Source: an uncultured Candidatus Saccharibacteria bacterium (lineage in GTDB: Bacteria > Patescibacteriota > Minisyncoccia > Phycocordibacterales > UBA1006). Taken from it: a stretch of DNA of 64,000 bases. The stretch's first letter is position 1, and each line of letters starts with the position of its first letter. Position numbers and translations under genes: made by a program. A model generated the notes under the pieces. It saw only the letters and a list, made by a program, of their open reading frames with translations, did not search any database and was not told the origin of the DNA. Where the stretch lies: assembly GCA_964592365.1 (NCBI GenBank), contig CAZQDL010000001.1, positions 79,541 through 143,540 of the forward strand. The letters run 5' to 3'. Positions 25,720 to 34,060 of this stretch are shown here, in pieces.

Positions 25720-26268
25720 ATGAACAACACTCATAAATCAAAAGGATTCACCCTCATAGAACTCCTCGTAGTAGTAGCCATCATTGGAATACTAGCTACG
25801 GTTGTGTTGGCTTCGCTTGGAGCAGCAAGAGATAGAGCAAGAATAGCAAAATTAACAAGTGACTTTAAAACTATTGAAAAAGCCTTAGTAATGACTCTTC
25901 TTGATGAGGGAAGAACTACTTTCTGGCTAGAATCAGAAATTGGATTAGGTGGCAATCCTACTTTTGATGCTATTCATGCAAAAACTTCAGGAGCCATGGC
26001 AACCTTTTCAGATAATTTAGCAACGGTTCCAGATAATCCATTTACCACCGATAGTTATCGCTACGACGGAGATGAAATAACTACCGCAACTTGTGGTTGG
26101 GCACCGGGTATTAATATCCTTATGTATGGCTGGGATTTTGATCTTGCATCTGATATTGACACTTATATTGATGGTTCAGCCTCAGCCACTTGTGGTAAGT
26201 TTAGATATAATACAAATAATACTGCAGGAGATGGTGGGTACCATATTTCAAACGGTGCTGACTTCTAG
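25720..26268 (+). CDS. Type IV pilin-like protein (prepilin-type N-terminal cleavage/methylation domain), paralogue 1
   Basis: MNNTHKSKGFTLIELLVVVAIIGILATVVLASL gives a class III signal with G|FTLIEL. The C-terminus has the CGKFRY motif. Confidence 0.8.
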   Translation: MNNTHKSKGFTLIELLVVVAIIGILATVVLASLGAARDRARIAKLTSDFKTIEKALVMTLLDEGRTTFWLESEIGLGGNPTFDAIHAKTSGAMATFSDNLATVPDNPFTTDSYRYDGDEITTATCGWAPGINILMYGWDFDLASDIDTYIDGSASATCGKFRYNTNNTAGDGGYHISNGADF

Positions 26269-26284
26269 CTTAGTATAATGGTAA

Positions 26285-26313
26285 GGTTCCGTATACTATT
26301 TACAAACTGACCT
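26285..26313 (+). repeat. Intergenic repeat copy C (variant GGTTCCGTATACTATTTACAAACTGACCT)
   Basis: Lies 17 nt after the pilin stop. A hairpin and T-run terminator follow at 26317..26348. Confidence 0.75.
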
Positions 26314-26316
26314 AAA

Positions 26317-26348
26317 ATAAAATCCACATGTTAAATGAGGATTTTTTT
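26317..26348 (+). terminator. Terminator (AAAATCC-N13-GGATTTTTTT)
   Basis: Read directly. Confidence 0.55.
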
Positions 26349-26372
26349 ATGGAGTCACTAAAACTAATTTAC

Positions 26373-26798
26373 TTATGCCTTTATATTTTCTCTACTCTTT
26401 GCAACCCCAATAGTAATCAATGACACAAAACTAATAACAGCAATAGAGCCAAGTGTTTTATTAATAGCATCACCAGAAAGAAATTCCCAGATTGAAAGTA
26501 CACCAACGAGAGCGAGTATCACAAGTGCAATAATTAAAACTGTTCCAGTTATTTTTCTAAGAAAAACAAAAACAGAATCATCTTTAATGTAGTTCTCTTC
26601 ATTTTTGCTCGCCATTGATTTTTCAGCTATTAAAATAATTATTGTTACAACCAGCAAAAAACCAACTGTCCACATTGATTTTATTAGTGAGTCACCACTA
26701 ATAAAATCCCAAATTGAAAAAATAGATATCAATCCTAAGATCATATTTGAGAAAATAAAAATCATTGCTGTTATATCTGATATTTTTGTAAATTTCAT
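26373..26798 (-). CDS. Small membrane protein with an internal ~60 aa duplication
   Basis: Two homologous halves (…SIWDFISGDSLIKS… / …SIWEFLSGDAINKT…). It overlaps the long-start version of the next ORF, so one of the two models is wrong. Confidence 0.35.
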   Translation of the reverse strand: MKFTKISDITAMIFIFSNMILGLISIFSIWDFISGDSLIKSMWTVGFLLVVTIIILIAEKSMASKNEENYIKDDSVFVFLRKITGTVLIIALVILALVGVLSIWEFLSGDAINKTLGSIAVISFVSLITIGVAKSRENIKA

Positions 26799-26835
26799 AG
26801 TGCTAATTATATTATATGTATTGTATAATTACTAC

Positions 26836-28065
26836 ATGATTGAAACTATTGAAAAAACTTTCTCGTATATATTCGTCATTCTGTTATTGATAGGCTCTTA
26901 CTACATTGCTTATTCCTCTTATAATAATTCATCTGCTAGAACTGAAAGCATATATTCTCTAATGGAAAATCATTTTATTAACAACAGCCAGCAGCAAGTA
27001 TCTTCTAAAAACAATATTGAATTGGGTTCTTTTAAGGTAAGTGCAAGGGATATGAATGAACTTATCTTGAGAATAACTAACAAACACCCAGAAATAACAG
27101 TCTCAATTTCTGAAACTGATTTAGGGGAAAAAATCATGTTCAACTTAATATTTGAAGGATCACCCGATTCAATCCGGTTGGATGAAATGGACCTATTTTT
27201 AAAAAATCTTGCCCTTGAGTATAACGCTGAATATGTTTCACCTATTTCTGATAGTGTCCATACCGATATTCAAGATAATAAGGTCGTGGAAGATGTGGCT
27301 GTAGTTAGTACTCAACACGTGCAGAGTGTTTATGATAATAGCGCAATAGTATGGGCAGAAGTAAAAATAAATGAAAGTAAAAGCGCAGATATATACTTCC
27401 TTTTGAGCATAAATGAAGAAAAAATTAAAGAAGCTATATCTTCAAAAAGCCTTGATGAACTCAATTCTTTGGGGAATGATTTAACATTGAAATTTGTTGA
27501 TGTAATTTATGAAGATAATTATTTAAATACTAAACTCACTGATTTAGAGAGTAGTAGAAAGTACTACTATGTAGCATGTATTAAAAATGCTCAAGGATTG
27601 TTGATTTGTGATCAAACTATTAATACTTTTGAAACACTCCATGCAAAAGACAAAAATTATCTCCCTCATGTAGTAACCGGGAACAGTTATTATAACGAAA
27701 CTGGTTTGAATCTTTATTCTCCAATACTTACAGGGTCTTTTGCTAATGATGCTCCTTATCCTGGATACACAGTACTGGCTTCATTTGTGATAGCAAATCA
27801 AAAATCATCTCTCGAAGATACAGATAGACTCTTTGATCGTAACAGGAAAAATGACATCGAGTGGCTTGGGGTTGTTGGATCAATAACAGATTTTAAAAGT
27901 GGTGATTCATTTGAAGAGATGGCACATGCTCAGCGCGAAACATCATTTTATTACAGGGCATGTCTTCATTACGATGTAGACGCTAGTGGCTCAGGTTATA
28001 GTTCAGATACCTATGTCTGCGGCAACATTAATTATAACCAAGCGAAGATGAATTTTTTTAACTAA
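26836..28065 (+). CDS. Hypothetical membrane-anchored protein (start trimmed to the ATG at 26836)
   Basis: N-terminal TM helix (FSYIFVILLLIGSYYIAY). No motifs recognised. The ORF-track start at 26605 overlaps the minus-strand ORF. Confidence 0.4.
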   Translation: MIETIEKTFSYIFVILLLIGSYYIAYSSYNNSSARTESIYSLMENHFINNSQQQVSSKNNIELGSFKVSARDMNELILRITNKHPEITVSISETDLGEKIMFNLIFEGSPDSIRLDEMDLFLKNLALEYNAEYVSPISDSVHTDIQDNKVVEDVAVVSTQHVQSVYDNSAIVWAEVKINESKSADIYFLLSINEEKIKEAISSKSLDELNSLGNDLTLKFVDVIYEDNYLNTKLTDLESSRKYYYVACIKNAQGLLICDQTINTFETLHAKDKNYLPHVVTGNSYYNETGLNLYSPILTGSFANDAPYPGYTVLASFVIANQKSSLEDTDRLFDRNRKNDIEWLGVVGSITDFKSGDSFEEMAHAQRETSFYYRACLHYDVDASGSGYSSDTYVCGNINYNQAKMNFFN

Positions 28066-28083
28066 TTCTTAACTTGTATATCA

Positions 28084-28110
28084 AAAAGAATCACGAAGGT
28101 GATTCTTTTT
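28084..28110 (+). terminator. Terminator (AAGAATCAC-GAAG-GTGATTCTTTTT)
   Basis: Read directly. Confidence 0.6.
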
Positions 28111-28118
28111 GATATAAT
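28110..28118 (+). promoter_or_regulatory. Perfect extended -10 box TGATATAAT, 6 nt upstream of the ATG at 28125
   Basis: Matches the TGnTATAAT consensus. Implies a leaderless start. Confidence 0.55.
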
Positions 28119-28124
28119 TACTCC

Positions 28125-30362
28125 ATGAAAAGCATTTTAAAAATTATTATCTTTACTTCAGTTTTGGTTACTATTTTTTTACCAGAAACCCTTTTATATA
28201 AAAGATGTGAATTGAATGTAGAGGAAGAACATCAAACAAGTTATGCTTTAAATTTACTTGAGAGAAAATGCCCAGAGGGTTACAGCATAGATTATCGTAA
28301 TAGAAAACGTGATTCAAGTCTTTTTGAGTACCTTATTTCGATTAGTGAATTGTCTGATGAATATAAAGATGTTCCTCTTGATTTTGATTTTCTACTATTG
28401 GGAAAATATTTATTAATTAATCTTATCTTTATGACCCCATCTTTATTTCTAATAAGATTTATAAAGAAGAATAAAGTAAAAAGATTTAAAAGGGGAAACA
28501 ATGTATTATTTTTCATAATTACTACTCTTACTGTTCTTGCTCTAAGCTTCTTATCGATACTTGATTCAGTAAAATCTTTTTGCATATCTGCTCCCTGCCC
28601 TCAGCCTGCGACACCTTTTAATGGTAAATTTTATGATTTAGTTAGTGAAATGTACCCAAGTATTCTTAGCTTTATTCCTGCTATAACTATTGGTATTCTT
28701 CTCGCTTCTTTGATTATCTATCGTAAATCAGTGACCTTCACACAAGAAGAAAAAACTTTGAGACTAGAGAAGAAAAAACTTTTTAAAAAGAGAGTTGGAA
28801 AGGTTATCGCATGGATACTTAGTATTATGATGCTCCTTCATGTCATTAATATTATCTATTTAGGTCTTGAGAAAAAAGAAAAAAATAAGCTTCTGATCCA
28901 ATTTGATGAAATTGAAGTTCTACATAAAGAAGTTTCTTTTAAAAATTGTTACGATAGCGTTTCTACAGAGACTACTTTATTTTATTATTTCCAAGATGGA
29001 GATATAAATAGAATCGTAGCAAATAGAACCGCTTCTTGCTCCTATATACCAGGAGTCGATTTATCAAGTGGAACATTACTTACAAATAGCGAAAAGATAT
29101 TTTTTCAGATAAAAGTTCATCCAGATTTAAATAACCCTAAGTTGCTTAGTTATAGGGGTGAAGAGTACCAAGTGGAAAAGATTGAAACCAGTGTTAATTT
29201 TGACTCTTTGTTATCATCAGCAAGTAAGTATTTGATCGGTATAGAAGATTCATTGCAAAATGATGTAAAAGAGTCTTATAAGGTCGCTTTGATAGATAAA
29301 TGTCTTGGTCTTGAGAGTGAACAAAAAAGACAGGATTGTCTGGCTTTGGGTTCAGTGTTTTTTGTTGATTATGAGTTTTGTGAATACAGTAGTGATTCAC
29401 TACGTTGCGGTAATTTATATCAAGGAAAAAAGAGTATTGTCCTTGAGGAAATTAATAAAGAAGAGATTAAGAAGAGTGACCAAGAAAATCGAAGGAGAGC
29501 AACAGAAGAAAAAGATCTAAGCTACTGCTATGATATTGTTGATGATAATATTCGATTTGATTGCTTTGAGTATTTACCAAACGAAGTTTTTATAGATATT
29601 TTTTCAGATCTTAATGATGACGGTGAGCTTAGACCACTTGAAGAAATACTAAAAAACATTGAAGATACTCGTAAGGTCTGTTCAGATTTTGATAGTCATT
29701 TATGCTATGTTTTAGGAAGAGAAAAAGTGCTTACGCCTTACGAGTGTACGGTCAACAGTAATCAAAAAAATTATTCAATCTCAACTTGTATTCCAATCTC
29801 AGTCATTCTTTATTCTACAACCGGTGATATATGTAATGATGTAAAAGATAATGCTGCTCAAAATTCTTGCTACCATGACTTATATCGATTTGAAGAAATG
29901 AATATAGATATTTCTCTTGGGGAACCATATACTAATTCTGAAATTCGCGATGAGTACATAGATAAAACAACGTCTTTACTTGATGATTCTTTTTATAAAA
30001 AAGAGATCATAAACGATTCACCTTCCATGGGTATATATGAAATACTTGAAAGCGAAAATAATAATATAGAAAATTTAAGAGGAACAAAAACAGAAGATCT
30101 CACACCTCGTGTTATGTATTGGTCAGGTAAGGTAAATCAGTATGTTGATTTGGAGTTTAGGGAATGGAGATCAGATCCTGACGGATCAAGTGGTGCGAGT
30201 ATCGACCTTCTTGATTATTGTAGAGAAAAATATCTAGATTTAAATATAGTTGATATTAAGGAGTATAAAATGGAAAGTATTAATACTTGGCGTGATTCAG
30301 GGAATGTGAATAGTTATTCAGGAACAAAACAGTCTTACGAGTGCGTCTTGTATAAAAACTGA
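28125..30362 (+). CDS. Large hypothetical Cys-rich protein (745 aa) with N-terminal TM segments
   Basis: Signal/TM helix at the N-terminus, about 4 TM helices between aa 90 and 240, and more than 30 Cys residues in the C-terminal 450 aa. Confidence 0.45.
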   Translation: MKSILKIIIFTSVLVTIFLPETLLYKRCELNVEEEHQTSYALNLLERKCPEGYSIDYRNRKRDSSLFEYLISISELSDEYKDVPLDFDFLLLGKYLLINLIFMTPSLFLIRFIKKNKVKRFKRGNNVLFFIITTLTVLALSFLSILDSVKSFCISAPCPQPATPFNGKFYDLVSEMYPSILSFIPAITIGILLASLIIYRKSVTFTQEEKTLRLEKKKLFKKRVGKVIAWILSIMMLLHVINIIYLGLEKKEKNKLLIQFDEIEVLHKEVSFKNCYDSVSTETTLFYYFQDGDINRIVANRTASCSYIPGVDLSSGTLLTNSEKIFFQIKVHPDLNNPKLLSYRGEEYQVEKIETSVNFDSLLSSASKYLIGIEDSLQNDVKESYKVALIDKCLGLESEQKRQDCLALGSVFFVDYEFCEYSSDSLRCGNLYQGKKSIVLEEINKEEIKKSDQENRRRATEEKDLSYCYDIVDDNIRFDCFEYLPNEVFIDIFSDLNDDGELRPLEEILKNIEDTRKVCSDFDSHLCYVLGREKVLTPYECTVNSNQKNYSISTCIPISVILYSTTGDICNDVKDNAAQNSCYHDLYRFEEMNIDISLGEPYTNSEIRDEYIDKTTSLLDDSFYKKEIINDSPSMGIYEILESENNNIENLRGTKTEDLTPRVMYWSGKVNQYVDLEFREWRSDPDGSSGASIDLLDYCREKYLDLNIVDIKEYKMESINTWRDSGNVNSYSGTKQSYECVLYKN

Positions 30363-30374
30363 TATATTAATCCA

Positions 30375-30403
30375 AGTTCCATATCCTAACCACAAACTGA
30401 CCT
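30375..30403 (+). repeat. Intergenic repeat copy D (AAGTTCCATATCCTAACCACAAACTGACC)
   Basis: Lies 13 nt after the stop. A terminator follows at 30408..30437. Confidence 0.8.
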
Positions 30404-30407
30404 AGAA

Positions 30408-30437
30408 TAAAAAGTCCTTATTTATAAGGGCTTTTTT
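30408..30437 (+). terminator. Terminator (AAGTCCTTA-N4-TAAGGGCTTTTTT)
   Basis: Read directly. Confidence 0.5.
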
Positions 30438-30534
30438 CCCTAGAAAATGATATCCCTTTCGAAACATATATATTGACATAAACATAATATGGTGTATTAT
30501 AAATAAAACAATTTAATAAACTAAATTCTAAAAT

Positions 30535-30944
30535 ATGAACTTAAATGTAGTATCCCCAGAAGTACCAATTTTTACTAATACTAAGAATGAAGCACTAAGC
30601 CTTAATAAGATTATTGAAGATAAAAAAATTACTTCAGTAACTATTGCTTATCTTTCGAAAGAAAAGAAGGTAAAAGTAAAAGGTATCAAAGGTTATTTCG
30701 GATTAAAAGAAATAAAACAGGAGGAAAAAAACTAACTATTCTTGATCCCAAGGGAATCATTCTTAATTTTGAAAAAGGAGCTGAATCTGCTTCTATTAGA
30801 TTCTGGGATAAAAATGAATTTGAAAAATTATCCGATGAAAATTATGATAAGGATACCTTATGGAAAAGATATGTAATGAGCATAGTTTGCCCGTATCAGA
30901 TTAATTTCCATATTGGGAATCTTATTTATGTTGATTGGAACTAA
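30535..30944 (+). pseudogene. Hypothetical gene interrupted by a +1 frameshift in an A7 homopolymer (30725..30731)
   Basis: The 66 aa ORF ends at 30735. The adjacent frame stays open for another 70 codons to 30944 with no start codon, and the reading-frame junction lies in the GGAAAAAAAC run. Confidence 0.5.
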
Positions 30945-30984
30945 TACCTCCACCTATAGAGAAATCTATTTAGGTGGATTTTTC

Positions 30985-31022
30985 TTTACAAAAAGTTCCG
31001 TATCCTAACCACAAACTGACCC
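30985..31022 (+). repeat. Intergenic repeat copy E (TTTACAAAAAGTTCCGTATCCTAACCACAAACTGACCC)
   Basis: Identical to copy A over 38 bp. A terminator-like hairpin follows at 31024..31055. Confidence 0.85.
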
Positions 31023-31154
31023 AGAAAAAATCCCCTTACTAAAAGCGGATTTTTGTATACTTTCTTTGGAAGAATATAGGGTTTATATTTGACATATTAT
31101 AAATTTATATACATAATATATTTAGATTATGTTTAACAATTAAATTATATAAAA

Positions 31155-31835
31155 ATGACAAAAAAAAATTCAAAATCAGAATTAAAAGCGATCGAAGGGT
31201 TTTCCGCAGGAGAAGTACAATCAGCAGAAGAAACCTTCGATAATTTATGTTTCTTTTTAGAAAATCTATTAAAAGTTTTTCCAGACAATGAGTTTGGAAG
31301 GTTGAATTCATTTTATTCAATCCCTTCAATTCGTAAATATCTGTATAACATAAATCGAGAATGGGGTTATTGTAGTCCAGCTGATCTTTCTCAAGGAGAA
31401 CTTGCTGATTTGAAGTTTACCTTGCATGTACTCGAGAATTTTATGGTAGAAGAGGCAACGGAATATATATCTGGTGTAGTAACTGAAGCAGCAACTTATT
31501 TTGCTTCAATTAATTTAAGCATTAATTTGTCTGGTAAAATTAATTTCAGATTAAATGAAGATGGAGATCTCGCGCCCTTACATTGCCAAGATGCCTTATA
31601 TTATGAAATGTATTTAAATAATATTGCACCTATAATAAAAAGCATTGAGCTTTCTCCTGATTCATTTTTGGAATATAAAGCGGCTCGAAAATCTATGTTC
31701 TTTAATCGTAACCGCAATACTAAATCATTAATAGAAGGAACGTTAACATTAAGTGACACACTTTTAGTTATGAAGACAATTCACACAACAGGTTTTGTTA
31801 TTGGAAGTTTTCCAAAAGTACAAGTTAGTTCTTAG
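31155..31835 (+). CDS. Hypothetical protein (226 aa)
   Basis: ORF only. Confidence 0.4.
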   Translation: MTKKNSKSELKAIEGFSAGEVQSAEETFDNLCFFLENLLKVFPDNEFGRLNSFYSIPSIRKYLYNINREWGYCSPADLSQGELADLKFTLHVLENFMVEEATEYISGVVTEAATYFASINLSINLSGKINFRLNEDGDLAPLHCQDALYYEMYLNNIAPIIKSIELSPDSFLEYKAARKSMFFNRNRNTKSLIEGTLTLSDTLLVMKTIHTTGFVIGSFPKVQVSS

Positions 31836-31858
31836 TCTGAATTAAAATTTAAAATAGT

Positions 31859-31896
31859 ATAACCCTTAGCATATATGTTAAGGGTTATTTATATTT
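31859..31896 (+). terminator. Terminator (ATAACCCTTA-N10-TAAGGGTTAT plus a T-rich tract)
   Basis: Read directly. Confidence 0.5.
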
Positions 31897-31901
31897 CAAA
31901 A

Positions 31902-31932
31902 TTCGTATCTTATTTATAAACTGATCTTAGCG
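31902..31932 (+). repeat. Degenerate repeat copy H (TTCGTATCTTATTTATAAACTGATCTTAGCG)
   Basis: Shares TTCGTATC…AAACTGA(C/T)C…TAGCG with copies F and B. Confidence 0.55.
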
Positions 31933-32024
31933 TGTTAAAAACCTCATGCATATTGAACCTTGAATTCTTATTTCGAGATTATAAAGGTATTATTTCATCT
32001 CTATCGTATCAAATACTGCATCTA

Positions 32025-32045
32025 ATCGTATCATTATGATACGAT
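32025..32045. promoter_or_regulatory. Perfect palindrome ATCGTATCA-TTA-TGATACGAT upstream of the RhuM/Fic gene (candidate operator). A further TCGTATC half-site lies at 32004.
   Basis: Read directly. The GTATC/GATAC half-sites also form the arms of the intergenic repeat family. Confidence 0.4.
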
Positions 32046-32052
32046 TTTGATA

Positions 32053-32076
32053 TATGTCCTATTTATAAACTGAATC
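32053..32076 (+). repeat. Degenerate repeat copy I (TATGTCCTATTTATAAACTGAATC)
   Basis: Similar to copies C and H. Confidence 0.4.
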
Positions 32077-32176
32077 AAAATAACAATGTTTATTTATATT
32101 CTGTATAACGGATATCCAGCTTCATATCGATAAAAACTTCCTACCTGCACATGATTTCTTCTGATATAGTAGGAAT

Positions 32177-33160
32177 ATGAAGGATGGAAACGTAAAAAAT
32201 AATCTTATTATTTACCAAGCGGAAAACGGAGCTATCGAGTTTCGTAGTGATGTTGATGCAGAAACGATATGGGCTACACAACAGCAAATTGCTGATGTTT
32301 TTGATGTAACAATTCCTACCATTAACGAACATATTAAAAATATCTATAGAACAGAAGAACTACAAGAAGATTCAACTATTAGGAAATTCCGAATAGTTCG
32401 AAATGAAAGTAATCGCGAGGTAGAGAGAGAAATTAATCACTACAATCTTGATATGATTATTTCTATTGGATACAGAGTAAATTCAAAAGTTGCTACTAAT
32501 TTCCGAACATGGGCAACCCAAACGATCAAGCAACACATCACCAAGGGATACACTATAAACGAGAAACTCCTCTCTCAGAAAAAAGATCTCTATCTTAAAG
32601 TTCTTGATGATATAAAGATACTTAATGCACAGGGAGACTTACTTGCAAGTGATGATATTATAAACCTTATCAAATCATTTTCAGAAACTTGGTTTAGCTT
32701 ACAATCATATGATGCTGGAACCATACCGGGTACAGGATTTACTAAAAAAGACCTCACTCTCTCAAGCAGTGAATTATATCTAGATATACAGACCCTTAAG
32801 TCTGAGCTTATGAAAAAAGGGGAAGCAACTGATATCTTTGCACAAGAAAAAACGACAGATTCATTGAAAGGTATCTTTGGAAATATTATGCAATCGGTTT
32901 TTGGTAATGATGTTTATCCAACGCTCGAAGAAAAAGCAGCTCACTTTCTCTATTTCATTATCAAAAATCACCCATTTAATGATGGAAATAAGCGAACGGG
33001 AGCTTTTACTTTTCTTTGGTTCTTGAAGAAATCAGGGCTTGATACAAGTATTACAATTACTCCAAATGCACTAACCACCTTAACTTTGTTGATCGCCCAA
33101 TCTGACCCTGCTGACAAAGACCGTATTATTGGTTTAATTTTGTTAATGTTTCATAAATAG
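32177..33160 (+). CDS. RhuM-family virulence protein (Fic/Doc-type domain)
   Basis: The N-terminal region (IIYQAENGAIEFRSDVDAETIWATQQQIADVF...NEHIKNIY) is RhuM-like. A Fic-like motif, HPFNDGNKRTGAF, is at the C-terminus. Confidence 0.65.
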   Translation: MKDGNVKNNLIIYQAENGAIEFRSDVDAETIWATQQQIADVFDVTIPTINEHIKNIYRTEELQEDSTIRKFRIVRNESNREVEREINHYNLDMIISIGYRVNSKVATNFRTWATQTIKQHITKGYTINEKLLSQKKDLYLKVLDDIKILNAQGDLLASDDIINLIKSFSETWFSLQSYDAGTIPGTGFTKKDLTLSSSELYLDIQTLKSELMKKGEATDIFAQEKTTDSLKGIFGNIMQSVFGNDVYPTLEEKAAHFLYFIIKNHPFNDGNKRTGAFTFLWFLKKSGLDTSITITPNALTTLTLLIAQSDPADKDRIIGLILLMFHK

Positions 33161-33182
33161 TGTTTATTTCAAATATGTAATT

Positions 33183-33224
33183 TTCGTATCCCATTCATGA
33201 ACTGACCCTAGCGGGTTAGGATAC
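33183..33224 (+). repeat. Intergenic repeat copy F, palindromic variant (TTCGTATCCCATTCATGAACTGACCCTAGCGGGTTAGGATAC)
   Basis: GTATCC…GGATAC arms. The following ~200 bp are about 93% identical to 25624..25830. Confidence 0.8.
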
Positions 33225-33320
33225 ACTACTTATTAAAAGCTTTATTCATATAAGGCTTTTAATATAATCAAAACCATTCTCATTGCCTCTATAACTATTA
33301 CCTATTACAATGTAATTATT

Positions 33321-33809
33321 ATGAACAACACTCATAAATCAAAAGGATTTACCTTAATTGAACTCCTCGTAGTAGTAGCCATCATTGGAATACTAGCTAC
33401 GGTGGTGTTGGCATCATTAGAAGGTGCACGAAGTAAAGCAAGAGATGCAAAAAGACTTTCTGATTTAAAACAAATTCAAATTGCATTAGAGATGTACTAT
33501 GGTGATAACGGTTCATATCCTAATAATGGTGGTGGTTGGTGGGGAAATTGCTCGACTTTTGGGTCTCGTGGGGTAACAGGTCCAACTGGGTATATTCCTA
33601 ACCTAGCTCCTAATTATATTTCAGTTTTACCACTAGATCCTAAACCCTCAAACGGAGCATGTTATTTGTATAGATCTTCTGATCCAAATTCATATATGTT
33701 TTTAATTTATCAAACCGTCGAAGGGGTTGTTCCAGATTCATTAAAAAGACCAAACTACCCAAATGAAAAGAACTACGCTGTTTATGCGGGGAACGGTTCT
33801 AGTTACTAA
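33321..33809 (+). CDS. Type IV pilin-like protein, paralogue 2 (its first 35 aa are nearly identical to paralogue 1)
   Basis: MNNTHKSKGFTLIELLVVVAIIGILATVVLASL, then a divergent globular part. Confidence 0.8.
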   Translation: MNNTHKSKGFTLIELLVVVAIIGILATVVLASLEGARSKARDAKRLSDLKQIQIALEMYYGDNGSYPNNGGGWWGNCSTFGSRGVTGPTGYIPNLAPNYISVLPLDPKPSNGACYLYRSSDPNSYMFLIYQTVEGVVPDSLKRPNYPNEKNYAVYAGNGSSY

Positions 33810-33872
33810 CCTCTATGCCACTTTTGTAAAAAAGATATCTATTTTCAGCTCAAAAATACTTTCTTTAAATTT

Positions 33873-33901
33873 GGTTCCGTATCCTAATCACAAACTGACC
33901 C
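33873..33901 (+). repeat. Intergenic repeat copy G (GGTTCCGTATCCTAATCACAAACTGACCC)
   Basis: Lies downstream of the pilin stop. A strong terminator follows at 33905..33937. Confidence 0.8.
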
Positions 33902-33904
33902 AGA

Positions 33905-33937
33905 TAAAAATCCCCTTAGCGAAAAGGGGATTTTTAT
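33905..33937 (+). terminator. Terminator (AAAATCCCCTT-AGCG-AAAAGGGGATTTTT)
   Basis: 11 bp stem plus a T-run. Confidence 0.65.
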
Positions 33938-34060
33938 CTATACTTTTCGGTAAAATAACCTTGATATATTACACAATACTATTTACAAATAGCAAGTATA
34001 TGTTAGTATTATAAAAAATTGAATTAATTTTCACATATACTAACAATTAAAACATAAATA

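Noticed and set aside
26605-26835. Long N-terminal extension of the 26836..28065 gene
   Set aside because: It would overlap the minus-strand ORF 26373..26798 by about 190 bp. The extension is a low-complexity I/K-rich sequence typical of an antisense reading. The ATG at 26836 gives a clean TM-anchored N-terminus.
23950-33901. CRISPR array interpretation of the repeated 30 bp motif
   Set aside because: The copies are separated by 0.6-4 kb of protein-coding sequence, not by 30-40 bp spacers. They are not identical, and no cas genes are present.
23950-33901. Integron attC interpretation of the repeats
   Set aside because: I found no R''/R' core sites (RYYYAAC…GTTRRRY) at the ends and no intI-like tyrosine recombinase in the window. 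The cassette-like organisation is retained as an analogy only.
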